This document shows, one piece after another, positions 23,428 through 36,102 of a stretch of DNA of 64,000 nucleotides. The notes below the pieces were generated by a model that did not search any database, was not told where the DNA came from, and saw nothing but the letters and a program-made list of their open reading frames with translations. Source of the stretch: Sphaerodactylus townsendi (Eukaryota); NCBI RefSeq assembly GCF_021028975.2, contig NC_059426.1, positions 73,222,001 to 73,286,000 of the forward strand, written 5' to 3'. The position numbers were made by a program, and so were the translations under genes. The number at the start of each line of letters is the position of its first letter. Position 1 is the first letter of the stretch.

Positions 23428-25466
23428 GGACAGGTATGTGAAGTATCAGCACTCTTCCTCAGAAAAAATTCACAAAAATATGCCTGCCTGCCACATGGAA
23501 CCGTCACTCCCTGGACAGATTTTACCATGCCACCACAAAAATACCAAAATGTGGTATGCAGTGTGTAGGCATGAACCACTTGTCAAAAGCACCAGCTTCT
23601 CTACGGAGTTCAATCTGAATATTACATATAGGGTTGCCAGATTCGCCCTGGCCAACAGAGCCATATGCAGCTTGATTAAAGTCCAGTAGCACCTTAGAGA
23701 CCAACCTGAATATAGCTGTTCTACTTGCAAACCAACATGGCTACAATCTGAAACTAAATGCTGTAGTGTGACACAGTAGCTAAGCATGACACTATGATGT
23801 TGTCTTCAGGGCATAGGTGTGGAACAGGAAAGCAGAAGACCCAGAATCCCAGTGTCTCAGTCTGCTTGTGGTTAAGTGCATACTATTAAAGGAATTAAAT
23901 TAATTGTATTTAAGAAGGTGTTTGATGAACTTGAGCAGCAAAGTGTTTGTGTGTTAACATACAACATAATTGTTTTCTCAAATAAAATTATCAAATGGAG
24001 CAGGCTTCCTATGCATGCTGATATCTTGTAATATAGCTTGTTCTACAGACTAGTTTTTTTTTAGTGTGTAAGATTTTTCTCCAAGCAAAATGTTATCATC
24101 TCTTACTCTTGGCAATAAAACTGCTTTGATGGCATTTTTGTTTCGCTCCACCACTGTCACTACTGGACTGACACTCCCTATCTTCCAGAGAAGCTTTGAA
24201 ATGAGAGTTGAGCACACCTAGTTCTTAACGGATTTCAATAAAATCTTTTCAAAGCTGCAATTATACAAACAGTTACCAGGAAGCAAACCCTTTTGAACAT
24301 AGCTAGGTTTACTTTTGACTAAACATACTTAGAATTGTATTGCAAACTGCAAATTCTAAGAAGTTAATTCCACCAAACGCAGGTGAACTTACATCAGAGT
24401 AAATACGTTAAAAGTCAGTGGTAATGTGAAAGAGCTACTTTTGTTTTTGGACAGGGAGCTACAGGCAAGCTGTGTACAGTTGATTTGCATGTTAACCAAG
24501 TGCAAGCAAGGAAGGGAGATTGGGAAGAGGAAGGAAGCATCTGATGATTTTTAATGAGCGATAATTGCTGAGGGGAGAGAGGGTCACACGATCAGATGAC
24601 TCAAAATCAGTATCTGGCCAAGTTTCTTTCAAACTCTCTCTCTCTGTGTGTGTGTTGTTCCAGTTTGAGGACAAGAATAGAAAAGTAGATATTTCAAAGC
24701 ATAAGGGGATGGGGAGTTGTCTGAGCATCATTTTGTGAACACATTTTGAATCTTGAAATAATTTAGGTGCTCTAAACCCCCTACATATACAAACCTAAGA
24801 TTTTATTTTTAAAATTCATATTTACATAGGAGAAAATGTGCTTCATAAGAACTACAAATTATCTCAGTACACCAGAATTTCCAGTTATGTTCATGAGTTG
24901 TTCTGTTTTTAAGCATTTGTTACTTGTAGTTCAGAAATGTGTTTCAATAGCTTTTGATTCATCAAGAAAAGGTTGTAACCACAGTAAAGCATCAAGCAGT
25001 TGTAGCAATTGTCCCTTTTCTACAGTACATTAGTATTATTTCAATAGACAAGAGATCTTGAAAATGTAAAGGCACACTATATAGGAACACAAGGAATTTT
25101 TATATTATAGCAGATGGAGGAACCATACCTTCTGGATACCTCTCAGTTCAAAGGCTTGTTCCTTGTTTGTGAACAGAACTGCCTCTGAACAGAAACATAG
25201 ATCTTCATTTTAGAACACCATAAAACATAATGCATATCACTTAAATTCAGACATTACAGCTGCAGAGTATCTGGTATTTTAAAAGTGCTTAGATCTGGAA
25301 GCAATATACCAGGAACAGATGTTGTAAAATTTTGCTTGTGTACTGTTTGATATAGCAGGGTTCTAGTTCATACGCAAGAATCGGATTTCATGGGGCACGT
25401 GGGAAAAGAACTATGCCTTTTCTAGCAGTATCTGATATGCTCCCAGCCCAAAGTTTTACATGATGC

Positions 25467-25468
<2 letters not shown>

Positions 25469-25516
<48 letters not shown>
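25469..25516. repeat. (CA)24 microsatellite
   Basis: Read directly. Confidence 0.97.
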
Positions 25517-25517
<1 letters not shown>

Positions 25518-25689
25518 CTGAATTGGCCTGCTCTCTTCTTTTAGCTGGAAACAGACCTCCAGTTCAAGATGCACATAGGGGGATCTCCACCTGTTTATAC
25601 AAAGGTCCATTCTCCATGAAATCCATTCAGAACCAAGACTGAAGTGAAGAGGGTTACAATTTTATTAAGGGATTAAAATAATCAAAATA

Positions 25690-26100
25690 CACTCAGAAGC
25701 TCACAAACATAGAATTATAAGGAACCTAGGAAATAAAGAGATGAGCAATAGCAAGAATAGAAAAGGGTGATGGGAAGGGTGATATTTACGATTCCAGAAG
25801 TGAAGAGGTCCAAGGAGAGTGGGGAAAATAGTGAGCACTTCTTGTGGAAACAAGGAGGAAATCCAAGTGCAATTTGCCATGTTTTTTTTTGGGGGGGGGA
25901 GGGGTCTAGATATAGGAAAAATTGATCCTCTAGCAATAAGAACAGTAATCTTCCTGAAACAAAGCAAAGTTCCATCCCCAGGCATGGATAATGTTGTGGG
26001 AAATGACTTGATGGGATTAAGGCCTGGGGATGCCCAAGATTTGATGAGTCTTGATTGTTAAAACAAAGAAACTCTGGAGGTTTGATGACCCTTAATAGTT
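25690..26100 (-). mobile_element. Possible decayed L1-clade endonuclease N-terminus
   Basis: The minus strand reads LIKSWASPGLNPIK...LLCFRK, weakly like the 'SWNVNGLN.PIKR...FLQETH' motif. Confidence 0.3.
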
Positions 26101-27328
26101 TGACAGGTAGTTTGAGATTAAGTTAACATTTTTTGGGGAAAGGGTGCATGAATATCCAGCCCATTTACTGATGAAATCAGGGTGTGGACATTTGCAAGTT
26201 CTTTGTGAAGCTGGAACCGCGTTTCAAGGATGGGCTGTTGTTAATCAGATTTGAGTGACAGTGCCTTTAGGAAGGGCATTGTCCGAAGCTATTTATTCTT
26301 ATTACAGGAGGGGAAAGACTGCTGTCATGTGTCAGGCAGACCCTCTTGATATCAAGCCCTTGAATTAAGATTGGCATCCATTTTACCCTTCCTATGCTCT
26401 ATAAGGCTGGGCTATGTATAATATCAAGATTATGACTGAAAAGGCACTCAGGTGATCCCAGCAAAAATGCTTCCCTCACTGACTATGGCTTGCCTGGATA
26501 TTAATACAGCCACAAGCTTCCCTTTGCCATCCATAGTTGGCAGAAGTTCCCCATGGAAATTACATGTCCACAACCCCATGTAGTTGCATCCTTATTACTG
26601 TAATACGTTGTACAGTTAATGACACAAGGTCCATTCCCAATCAGAACACTGAACATCTGGGTTTCTTGTGTTATTCTTAGACATGCCTGGGGACATGATG
26701 CAATTTGCTTTGTAACTATGAAATACCATTATGGGGTTTTTAGAATTCCTGGGTGACCAGAAAACAAGGACTGCCCCAAATAAATAGGGACAGTTGCAGC
26801 TCATGATTTTTCAGGCGATGTATGCTCTATTTGTTCGTCACACTTGGATTCAACATGTACATATGGCAGGGTATCAGAGCAAACCTATGCACCCCTATAG
26901 ATCTTTCATTGTGAATTCAAGCACATGCATGTAGATGCCTGTGTGTCTTCAACCAGTATAAAATTTTATTTCCAATTATCTGTTGAGCATTCTTTTCTAT
27001 TTGGTGTTTCTTCCTTTGTAATTTTGCACAAACCTCCTTTTTTCTCCAGTTCTGTTAATGGAGGCCTATCCCATCAACAACACTTTTTTCAATTCCTCAC
27101 AATTTTAGCAATGATTGAAAGGGGTGGACTTTCAGCAAGTCACACATTTGGCATTTAATTTTTAAAAATAACCAAAATAAAGAACTGTCCAGTTATTATA
27201 GGAAAGCAAAGTCTGTCTGAACTGGGCACTAGACTCTGTGAAGAGAGATTAGAAAGCATGCTGCAAAAGGGAAAGGAACAACAAATGCGGTAAGAAATAT
27301 GCCATCCACACAGCTGATGCTTCTCTTC

Positions 27329-27529
27329 TAGGGTTGCCAACCTCCAGTTAGAACTCAGAGATCTCCCCAAATTACAGCTGATCTCCAGACTACAGATTTC
27401 TTTCCCTGGAGGATGTGGTCACATTAGAAGGTAGATTCTGTGGTGTTATACCCTGCTGAGGTTCCTCCTTCCCCCAGGTTTCACCCCTCAAATCTTCAGG
27501 AATTTCCCAACCTAGAATTGGTAGCTCTA
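27329..27529. mobile_element. Old MITE with TAGGGTTGCCA-type termini (hAT-like)
   Basis: tagggttgccaacc ... tggtagctcta. Related termini occur near 10378, 21890, 23629 and 62730. No clean TSD. Confidence 0.6.
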
Positions 27530-28469
27530 TTTTCTGATAGGTCTTAATCTAGTCAGAAGACATGACTGAAATTGCAAAATGTGCTTAGCAAATGTGGTTG
27601 ATATGGCCCCTCTTCTTTTGCTGACAGTTCAGTGACCTGGGAGACAAAGGGCAGTCCTCTATAAGGCTGGGTAGGCCATCAAACTTCCTCAGTATAATGA
27701 ATGTGGGTTGAACATTCCTGTGCCATTAGTTAATACAGTAGCTACCTACTACTTATAGACATATAGCTCCTAGCTCATAAAAACTTTGCACGTTTTGAGA
27801 AGGCAAGTACTGTTACTTATAATTACTAAGTATATTAAAAGGAAGAGAAAGAAAGAGAAAAGAGAGAACAAAACAGGAAGGAGCCAAGAAACAAATAGGG
27901 CATTTCCTCTAATTATTTTTTATTTTTTATTTATTATTAAACTTGTATACCACCTTCCCCCAAAGAAGAGATGAAAAGAAGATGTGTTCATTCTGTGATC
28001 AACCAGAGCCACTTATCCATTGTACAGACTTGGTAGTCCCTTTCCTTCCCCCACTTTTCGTTATGTTCTTCAATAACACTCAAGGTAATATTTAGCTTAA
28101 TTAATCGATGTTTGCTCAGTACTTTTGACATATTCACACAGAAGCATCTGTTGATTTTCTCTGTGTATCAGTTTTATGTGTTTCACATATATCATTTTTC
28201 TTCTGATTAAGTCATCATAACAAAAGTAAATAATCATAAACAGCTAAATTTCCAGACTGCTCATTACATGAAAAGGCAGATAGAGTTCTTGCTAGAATTA
28301 GGCTTTGAACAGCCGAAACAGTTACAGTAAGATCAGTCGCAGCTGGACTCAGACATAGATAAGGGCTTGTGTGTACATATTTTTGAGGAATTTGCCCTTT
28401 GATGGTTGTCATTTGTATATCAAGCTATATCCGGTGTTGGGAAAGCTTTCTGATGAGATGGGAACTTAT

Positions 28470-29180
28470 CCCGATGGATCAGACCCATCACCCTTCTAGC
28501 CCAGCCATCCTGTCTTATACTTCAAAGACCAGAACTGGCAATCCTAGCCAACCAACTGCCCTTAAATGTAACCGGGTATAGAGGTCAAGGCCTTTCCCTG
28601 ATGTTGCTCCCAGGCACTGGTATTTAGAGGTTCATTATCTGTAAATGTGGAGGTTTCCTTTAGTCACAGTGGCTAGTAGGTGCTGATAAACTTATCCTTC
28701 ATGAATCTGTCTAATCCCCTTCTCAGCTGTCTCTGCCTGTGGCCATCACTGCATCCTGTGGCAGTGAATGCCACATTTTAATTAATTCTTGTGTAAATAA
28801 TTGTTTCCTTTTTTCAGGGAATATACTGCCTATCTACTTCATTGGATGCCCTGGCGTTCTAGTATTTTGGGAGAGCATGAAAAATTTATCTCTGCCTATT
28901 CTTTTCATTCTGTGCATAACTATATAATCATCTAATGCCACCCTTTAGTTATTTCTTTTCTAAACTAAGAAGTCCCAGATTCTTCAGCCTTTCCTCATAG
29001 GAAAGGTGCTCCAGCCCCGAAATCATCTTGCTTGCTCTCTTCTGTACATTTTGCAATGTCGTTTCTGAGATATGATGACCATAACTGCCACAGTCCCAGA
29101 CCACACCATATATCTATACAAGAGGCATTATAATATTGGATGTTTTATTTTCAGTCTCTTTTCTAATAATCCCTAGCCAA
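28470..29180 (-). mobile_element. CR1 LINE ORF2 C-terminus and 3' UTR
   Basis: 'ttttctaaactaagaagtcccagattcttcagcctttcctcatagg' is the reverse complement of [15 protein letters not shown]. Also 'catgaatctgtctaatcccct'. Confidence 0.9.
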
Positions 29181-29289
29181 GAGAACTCAAAATGTAAGGC
29201 CTTCTGTAATTGGAGAACTGGGTCAAATGGCTCCATGATAGACCCTGCACAGCTCACCTTTTTCCAGATCATCCTAAACAATAAAATGC

Positions 29290-30011
29290 TAAGGAACTGA
29301 ATGTTGGGGTGATGAACCCTCCACCAATGAGAGAGCAGAGCTCATGAAGTGAGTCCCAACATTCATCATCTCAACATTTGATTCCCCCTGCCTGCAGAGC
29401 AGTGGCACCTTGGCACCGCTGCTCTGCAGACCCCAGAAGCCTCCCCGCCTCCCCAAACTGCCAGGTAGGGTGGTGGATGGGAGTTCATCACCCTGACATT
29501 TGATTTCCCCTGCAGGCCCCCAGAAACCTTCCTGCCTCCCCAAACAGCCAGGCTGGGTGGCAGAGCAGGTGGAAGCTCCAGAAATTCAAACGTGGCCCCA
29601 GGCACAAGGCCCATTGTTGGCACCGGGAGCAGGACAAGATGCACTGGGGGTGGGACGAGCTCTGTCAAGAGATGCGGGTCCTCCAACGCCAGATGGCCAG
29701 GCTACTAGTGGCCCCTCCAACAAGAGTACCAGCCCCAGTGCAACCAGCCGCCGGCCAGGCCAGAGCAGTTCCCACCAGAGGCGATGGTGTGGGGCTTGGC
29801 GCTGCCACTTCGCTGCAGGGACCAGCACCTCCAGCCCTGAGACTGAGGAAGAGGAGGAAGGAGATCAAAGATACGTTTGACAGAGGCCCCCAAAAGCTCC
29901 CATACTTTCTCATGCAAGGCGGGACCTACATGAGAATGTTGAAGGATGAGCATGAGAATGACGCAGATCGGGTGAATGAGATCAGAACGCTCCTGGAGGG
30001 AGAGGCAACAG
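29290..30011 (+). mobile_element. Ty3/Gypsy LTR-retrotransposon internal fragment (gag N-terminal part)
   Basis: TFDRGPQKLPYFLMQGGTYM...DADRVNEIRTLLEGEA resembles the Gypsy gag (Sushi/PEG10/RTL-type) motif 'FDG.P..L..F..Q...YM...D..RV......L.G.A'. Homology ends near 30011. Confidence 0.8.
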
Positions 30012-32379
30012 GTACTCAGTTTCAAAAAGCCAGCTCTTATAACCCTCCCTCAACTCCTGCCCAACTACCGTCCAACTATGACTCCCTTGATTCTGCTGCC
30101 CGCCATCTTCTTTTTTGAATGTGCGTGTGTTTGGTTCAATGTTGCCTTGTTGCATCACTGACATGTTGAATCAATAGAATGCTGGTGTTCAAACAAAAAA
30201 AAAGGTGTCCTTTGATTGTTGATGGGGAAGGTGGGAAAGCAGCAAGGAACAAGAAAAGCTTGTAATGGTGTAATGCAGCAACATTTCCTCCCCCTTCCCT
30301 TCAGAGCAAGGGCAAAATTCGAGCTTTCCCTGCTTTTCAGAAACACAGGGCTTTTGGGATCTGTGGTGCCCGGACTGCGAGGGCAGGGAAAAGTTGCATG
30401 CAATTCCAAATCAGCCCCAAAGGAAATGTTCACTCATTGTGGGGCAGACCACACATGAATAACAGGCCTTAGGGTCTAACTATTTTCTGATGTTAAGCTC
30501 AGGGCTTTTTGAGGGGGATGGGAGTAGTCAATTGTACTGACTACCAGCACCTTTTTCTGGGGCTCTCCTAAGACCTGAAGAGGGAATTGGTAGAAATTGT
30601 CCACCGCACTTGGTAACTTCTTGCTTATTTTTTGTTAATATCTATTTTTTAACAGTAGACTTGTGATTATTTAAGGGCATTTGTCACAGTTCAGCATTAT
30701 TCAGAACAACTGAGTCCTTTCCCTACTTTTTATTCTTCACACAAATGTATGCATGAATATAGGAGGGAACTTTTTTTTTTAATGAAATGCATTTCCTAGT
30801 CAACACTGGTTTTACTTTTAAATTACACATGCAGGAAATTAAAATAAGTATACATGAATCTTATATCCCCATGCTGTATATGCCTAATAAAGGTCTCTGA
30901 ATCTATGAATCTTACATGCATATTGTTTTCTATTTATAGTGCACTGTCAGTTTTATAATATTTTTGTTAATTACACCATTTCCCATGTTCCACTGTATAA
31001 AAAATTTATGATTATTTCAGTCCTATCTTTCAGTTAGCTATTACTCAAAAGGTAATGCATAATCTTCCCCTTTATGAATATTATTTATTGTGCTTGTTTC
31101 TTCTGCTGAGCAAACTTCTCTTTTGTGTTCTGTTCTGATCCCCTGATTCAAATTATGATAAAGTGAAGGTGGAGGGAAGTTAAATAAATCCAGAAAGACC
31201 CTGTCCCATAACTAGTTACTGCAGTGTTAGTTGCTACAAAGGGATTTGGCTGCAACCACCCAGGCAGGCTGTTTGGAATTATTTAGTCCATGTTTCTTTA
31301 TTCCCACTACAATCTCTGGATCCTGTGATACTGGCAGAGAACTGTTTGGGTGACATAGACCAAATATTTGTTGGAGTTGGACAGCTTCTAGCTTCTTTCC
31401 TGCCTCCCATCTTTTTAAGGACGCTATTAACAATGCAGCCACACACGGCTTCACATGCAGCCCTCATAATATTAAGCTTATTTTGCTTGTAATGCCAGCA
31501 CAGCGATGCCGCAGATGAGCATAAAGCTGAGTCTGGGTCATTCTCCTCAGTTAATTGGAAGTGGAACTATACTTTGGCCACAAAGCATCCTGTTTGTCTT
31601 TCTGTGTAAACACTGTGTGCAGGGGCAGAACCGGTCAGGCAGCTAAATGGAATTATTTAACTTGTATGAGCAGCTGTGTATGTGTGTGCAAGTAGTTTGA
31701 AGGCTGTCTGGAATACTGTCTGTGTTATTGGGATTCATGGATTCGCTATCAATAGCTTAATCCAACTCCCAATAGCACTTTTGCTAGGAGATGAGGAGCA
31801 AATGGGAGCGTTCTGACCCCTGGGAACAGACTCATCTGTTCCATTTGTTATTTCAGTTTACAAAATTCTCTGATCAGCAATTTCCTTCGTGCTCATGAAC
31901 AACTGAAACGGCAGCACTGAAGTAACATATATGTGCTGTCACAAGCATAATTAACAATGAATAACTCTCCATATACAGAAAGCAAGTTCAAATATAATTT
32001 GCATGCTACAACTTGTATACAGCCTCTAGGCAGGCCCTGAAGGTCCCTGAATCTTGGTTTGGATGGAGAGAGAGGGAGAGGGAGGGAGGGAGATGTAGCT
32101 TACAGCACTGCCCCAACAAGCCTTTTTTTGCCTTTCTCCATTTAGATTCAAGACCGCTGCAAGATGAATAGCTTAATTTTAGATACCAAGCTGCATCACT
32201 TGAAGGGGAAGGGAAATCTAAATCAAAAGCTATTGGCATTCATTGCATAACACGCACTGAAACAGACATGCTCCCTGTCTGCTCATACAAACCCATGCCA
32301 AATTACCTATGCATCCATATGGAGACACACACACCAAATATGAAAGAGTGTGATGCAAAACTTACTGAAAGAACGGAAA

Positions 32380-34520
32380 GATTGATATAGACTGTAGAAG
32401 GAATTTATGTAGACACTTGTGCTCATCTGTCCCAGTGGCCTTTGAAATCAGATATTCCAAGTTCCTCTTCATTGTGGTCATTTATAGAATTCTGTCCTCA
32501 GTGAAAAACAAATACAATAAATAAAATTGGCCCTTTTACTACCCAACAGAAGGTGTTGGCTCTCCTTATTCCGGGTCTGCATTCAAAAAATGTCAGTGTG
32601 AACTGAGTATGAGAATATAGTGAGCACTGCAATCATGATTCTAATGGCTGGGGGAAAAACACACAATCCAGGGAAATGTGAATGATTATCCATTAATGAT
32701 TAACAATCATAACAGGCTACTGTGTACATGAGTTATAATGTCATAGTCAAACAAGGTTCAAAAATCAAGCAGCAGGGTACAATTTCCTCACAAATATCAA
32801 AGAAGCAAATGAAGCTGCTTGGACTTCAGGGATAGATAAAATCTTTTTTCCCCCTTCTAAGGTAATGGGCTCTCATGATCAAAAACGAACATTCTGACAG
32901 GATATGGAAATCCTCTGATGAAGTTTGTTTGATGTGAGGTGAGAACTGTCTTCAAGAAACACTAATGACCTTAGTTCCCTTCGTATATGGATATCCTGAC
33001 TGCAGATCAAAAGGGCAGCAAGAAATCCATTGATTGTGAAATAAAACTCAGTTGTCTGGAAGCAAGTTTAATTAGGCTTTTGATAGTCACAACTTCAGGA
33101 GGAGATAGTTTTCAGAACTGAGAAGCCTCTCAATTGGTGGTCACCAGCCTTTTCAATTTTGAGATCATCTATACATGTCTGAAAGTGTTAGCATGTACTT
33201 ATATGTAGTCTCAACGGAGTGTAGTGGAAACCAAAATATAAACTTGCAAGTAGAACTAAAGAACAACAATTACTTACAAAAAGGGAGGCTTGAAGCTAAC
33301 TGAAGACATCAAAACTGGTACCATGGCATAAGAACAGACAGTATCCTTAAAACCACAGTAACATCAGAAAAGAACACATCTGAGATCCTGATGTGTTGCA
33401 CTTCCAGGGCTTAAAAGTGTGGTGTTGTGAGAAGAGGAGGAGAGAAGACTTGCAAGTAGAGGCAGGTTCACTTATACCAAGCCCAGGGCCAAAAGGCCTC
33501 CAGACAAAAGCATTGAAAGACAGACCACTGGTTTTCCCATAGCTTCTTCCTCCCTTGAAAGGGCACAGGAGGGTGGGAGAAAGTTGTGAATTCCTCAGCA
33601 TACAATAGACATGTACAAGGTACTGACTCCCCAGAGTGGTTAAGAATGTGTGCCTATCTGTTGCTCTTGGAAATTCCTTGGAACCTGGTATAACTCAAGT
33701 GCTGTGTGAAGCGTGAAAGGACTCTTCTTTGGTCCTTTCTGCACAGCACAAATATAGTATCTTGAGGACATTATAAAAAAGCATTTTCTGGACGAACTCT
33801 GCACAGCTTTCTCCACCAAGACGTCTTCAGGTTGGGTTTTTCTTCCAATCCAGATTTTTCAAAAATCACGAAACTAGCAATCTTTTTTCTCCAGGATGGG
33901 TTGAAGATGCTTTCCCCAATACTGTGCAGAGAGCAGTCAAGTTCATTTTCCCCACCCAGCTTAATTCTTTTTTACTTTCAATTCCCCTCTCCAGCAATTT
34001 GCCATTTGTCTGATCCATTGTACCGGTCATTTTGTGAAGNNNNNNNNNNNNNNNNNNNNNNNNNNNNNNNNNNNNNNNNNNNNNNNNNNNNNNNNNNNNN
34101 NNNNNNNNNNNNNNNNNNNNNNNNNNNNNNNNNNNNNNNNNNNNNNNNNNNNNNNNNNNNNNNNNNNNNNNNNNNNNNNNNNNNNNNNNNNNNNNNNNNN
34201 NNNNNNNNNNNNNNNNNNNNNNNNNNNNNNNNNNNNNNNNNNNNNNNNNNNNNNNNNNNNNNNNNNNNNNNNNNNNNNNNNNNNNNNNTAAATTTTAGAG
34301 AACATGTATTGGAATCTGGATTCTCACATCAAGTCTGTGAAGCTTCGAAGACACATCCTCTAAAATAAAAAAGCAAAACTATATGTTGTCAAAATTGGCA
34401 ATAAGAGCTGAGTTCAATCATGCACTTTATTCAGTAAAAAGACAGGCAGCAATTAAGCCCACAGAGCAAATTTCCCAGATCTTCACAAAATGGCGAGTGC
34501 AACGGAGCAGGCAAGCTGCA
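32380..34520 (-). mobile_element. Decayed L1-clade LINE 5' half (5' UTR, ORF1, endonuclease remnants) spanning the gap
   Basis: Minus-strand remnants include ORF1-like 'LEEK...SNR*AHIL' (33600-33900), endonuclease-like 'HTDIF*MQT...SKR' (32450-32620), and a 'gccattttg' 5' motif near 34495. Many stops. Confidence 0.4.
34040..34288. other. Assembly gap (249 N)
   Basis: Run of n. Confidence 0.99.
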
Positions 34521-34687
34521 AATCACCCGCAGGGAAAATGAAAGTAAAAGGGCAGAAAAAAACAACACATGGGGGGCTGTCTCCTCAAACATGTTATTTT
34601 TGTCTGTGCTGTGTGGACAAAAAAAGGAAGAGATGGGTTTATTTAAGATGTTCTCAGGAGGCCTTATTTTGGTTATGCAGCAAGGAT

Positions 34688-34882
34688 AAGAACATAAGAA
34701 CGTAAGAACAAGCCAGCTGGATCAGACCAAAGTCCATCTAGTCCAGCTCTCTGCTACTTGCAGTGGCCCACCAGGTGCCTTTGGGAGCTCACATGTAGGA
34801 TGTGAACGCAATGGCCTTCTGCGGCTGTTGCTCCCAATCACCTGGTCTGTTAAGGCATTTGCAATCTCAGATCAAGGAGGAT
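34688..34882 (-). mobile_element. Short 5'-truncated CR1 3' end
   Basis: Octamer tail (aagaacat)n followed by 'gctggatcagaccaaagtccatctagtccagc'. Confidence 0.85.
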
Positions 34883-35675
34883 TGAAAATTGATGAACATT
34901 GGCATACTTCTAGATTTGTGACTGTGCATGGAATTTTAGGTTGTAATTTGTAACTGCTATTTATACCTTTGCAGCTTCAAATGCAGAAAATTGTAATGCA
35001 CTCATTAGGGCATCCAACCATTTTCAGGTGTTAGTATGAACAATACATTCAAAGCCTTCATTCACTAAACATACATGTAAAATTGACATCTATTAAAAGA
35101 GTCTGCTGGTGGTGCTTTCTGACCGTTAAATTAAGACAATGAAAATACAATGAATAGAGCCTTCTTGGTTGTTCTGCCTACTCCATGTAACAACTTCCCT
35201 GAGGACATAAAAAAAGCAAAGACTCTTTGGAGCTTTCATGGAAATTGTAAGACCTTCCGTTTTCAATTAGCATTTAATCAATTATCTGAATGGAGAGCTA
35301 TTTCATGTCAGGTGTCTGAAAGGATTTGATTAATGAGATTCTTTATTGGGCTCTTTTTAAACTGTGCTTTGAATTATGAGTGGTTTTATATACAATTACC
35401 ACTGTTTTATTGGGCTTCGTAGCTACTGAATAATGTTTGTTGACTATTTTTAACATAGAATGTAAATATTTTACAAGCTCTAGGTAGGATTAGCCATGAA
35501 AATTGTCTGGAACCTGTCCACCTAGTGAAGGTGGGGTGATTTTACTTTTGTATGGTATACTTTTTTAGTCATTTTAGTAGAATCTGTATGGTCCACCAAT
35601 GACTTCCAGTTTTCCAATACAAGATTATGTACTCAAAGGTCTATTATGTACTTGTGCATACATTCTCGTCTAGAC

Positions 35676-35821
35676 CAGGGGTAGGGAACCTGCCGCTCTC
35701 CAGATGTTCAGGAACTACAATTCCCATCAGCCCCTACCAGCATGGCCAATTGGCCATGTTGACCCAGAAAACTGATGGGAATTATGGTCCCTGGGCTATC
35801 TGGAGCTGCAGGTTCCCTACC
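35676..35821. mobile_element. hAT MITE, same family as 7599, right end clipped
   Basis: gtctagac|caggggtagggaacc...ggttccctac then ctagac; a few terminal and TSD bases are deleted. Confidence 0.9.
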
Positions 35822-35956
35822 TAGACTGGAAAACATTTCTGATTCTTGTGATTTGTGCACACATTCCCCCCCCTCCCCCGCAGAACTCACTGCAATGTAA
35901 TGGAGAGTAGTAAAATAGTAGTTTAAAAAGTTCTTCAACCCTCACACGTCCTAAGT

Positions 35957-36102
35957 CAGTGGTGGTGAACCTTTGGCACTCCAGATGTTATGGACTACAA
36001 TTCCCATCAGCCCCTGCCAGAATGGCCAATTGGCCGTGCTAGCAGGGGCTGTTGGGAATTGTAGCCCATAACATCTGGAGTGCCAAAGGTTCGCCATCAC
36101 GG
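35957..36102. mobile_element. hAT MITE, sister subfamily with different TIRs
   Basis: cagtggtggtgaacc...ggttcgccatcacgg with a perfect 8-bp TSD tcctaagt and the same palindromic core (actacaattcccatcagccc...ggccaattggcc). Confidence 0.92.

Noticed and set aside
28450-28480. CTGATGA as a hammerhead ribozyme core
   Set aside because: No correctly placed GAAA or closing stems.
33832-34368. ORFs spanning poly-X
   Set aside because: Artefacts of the N gap.
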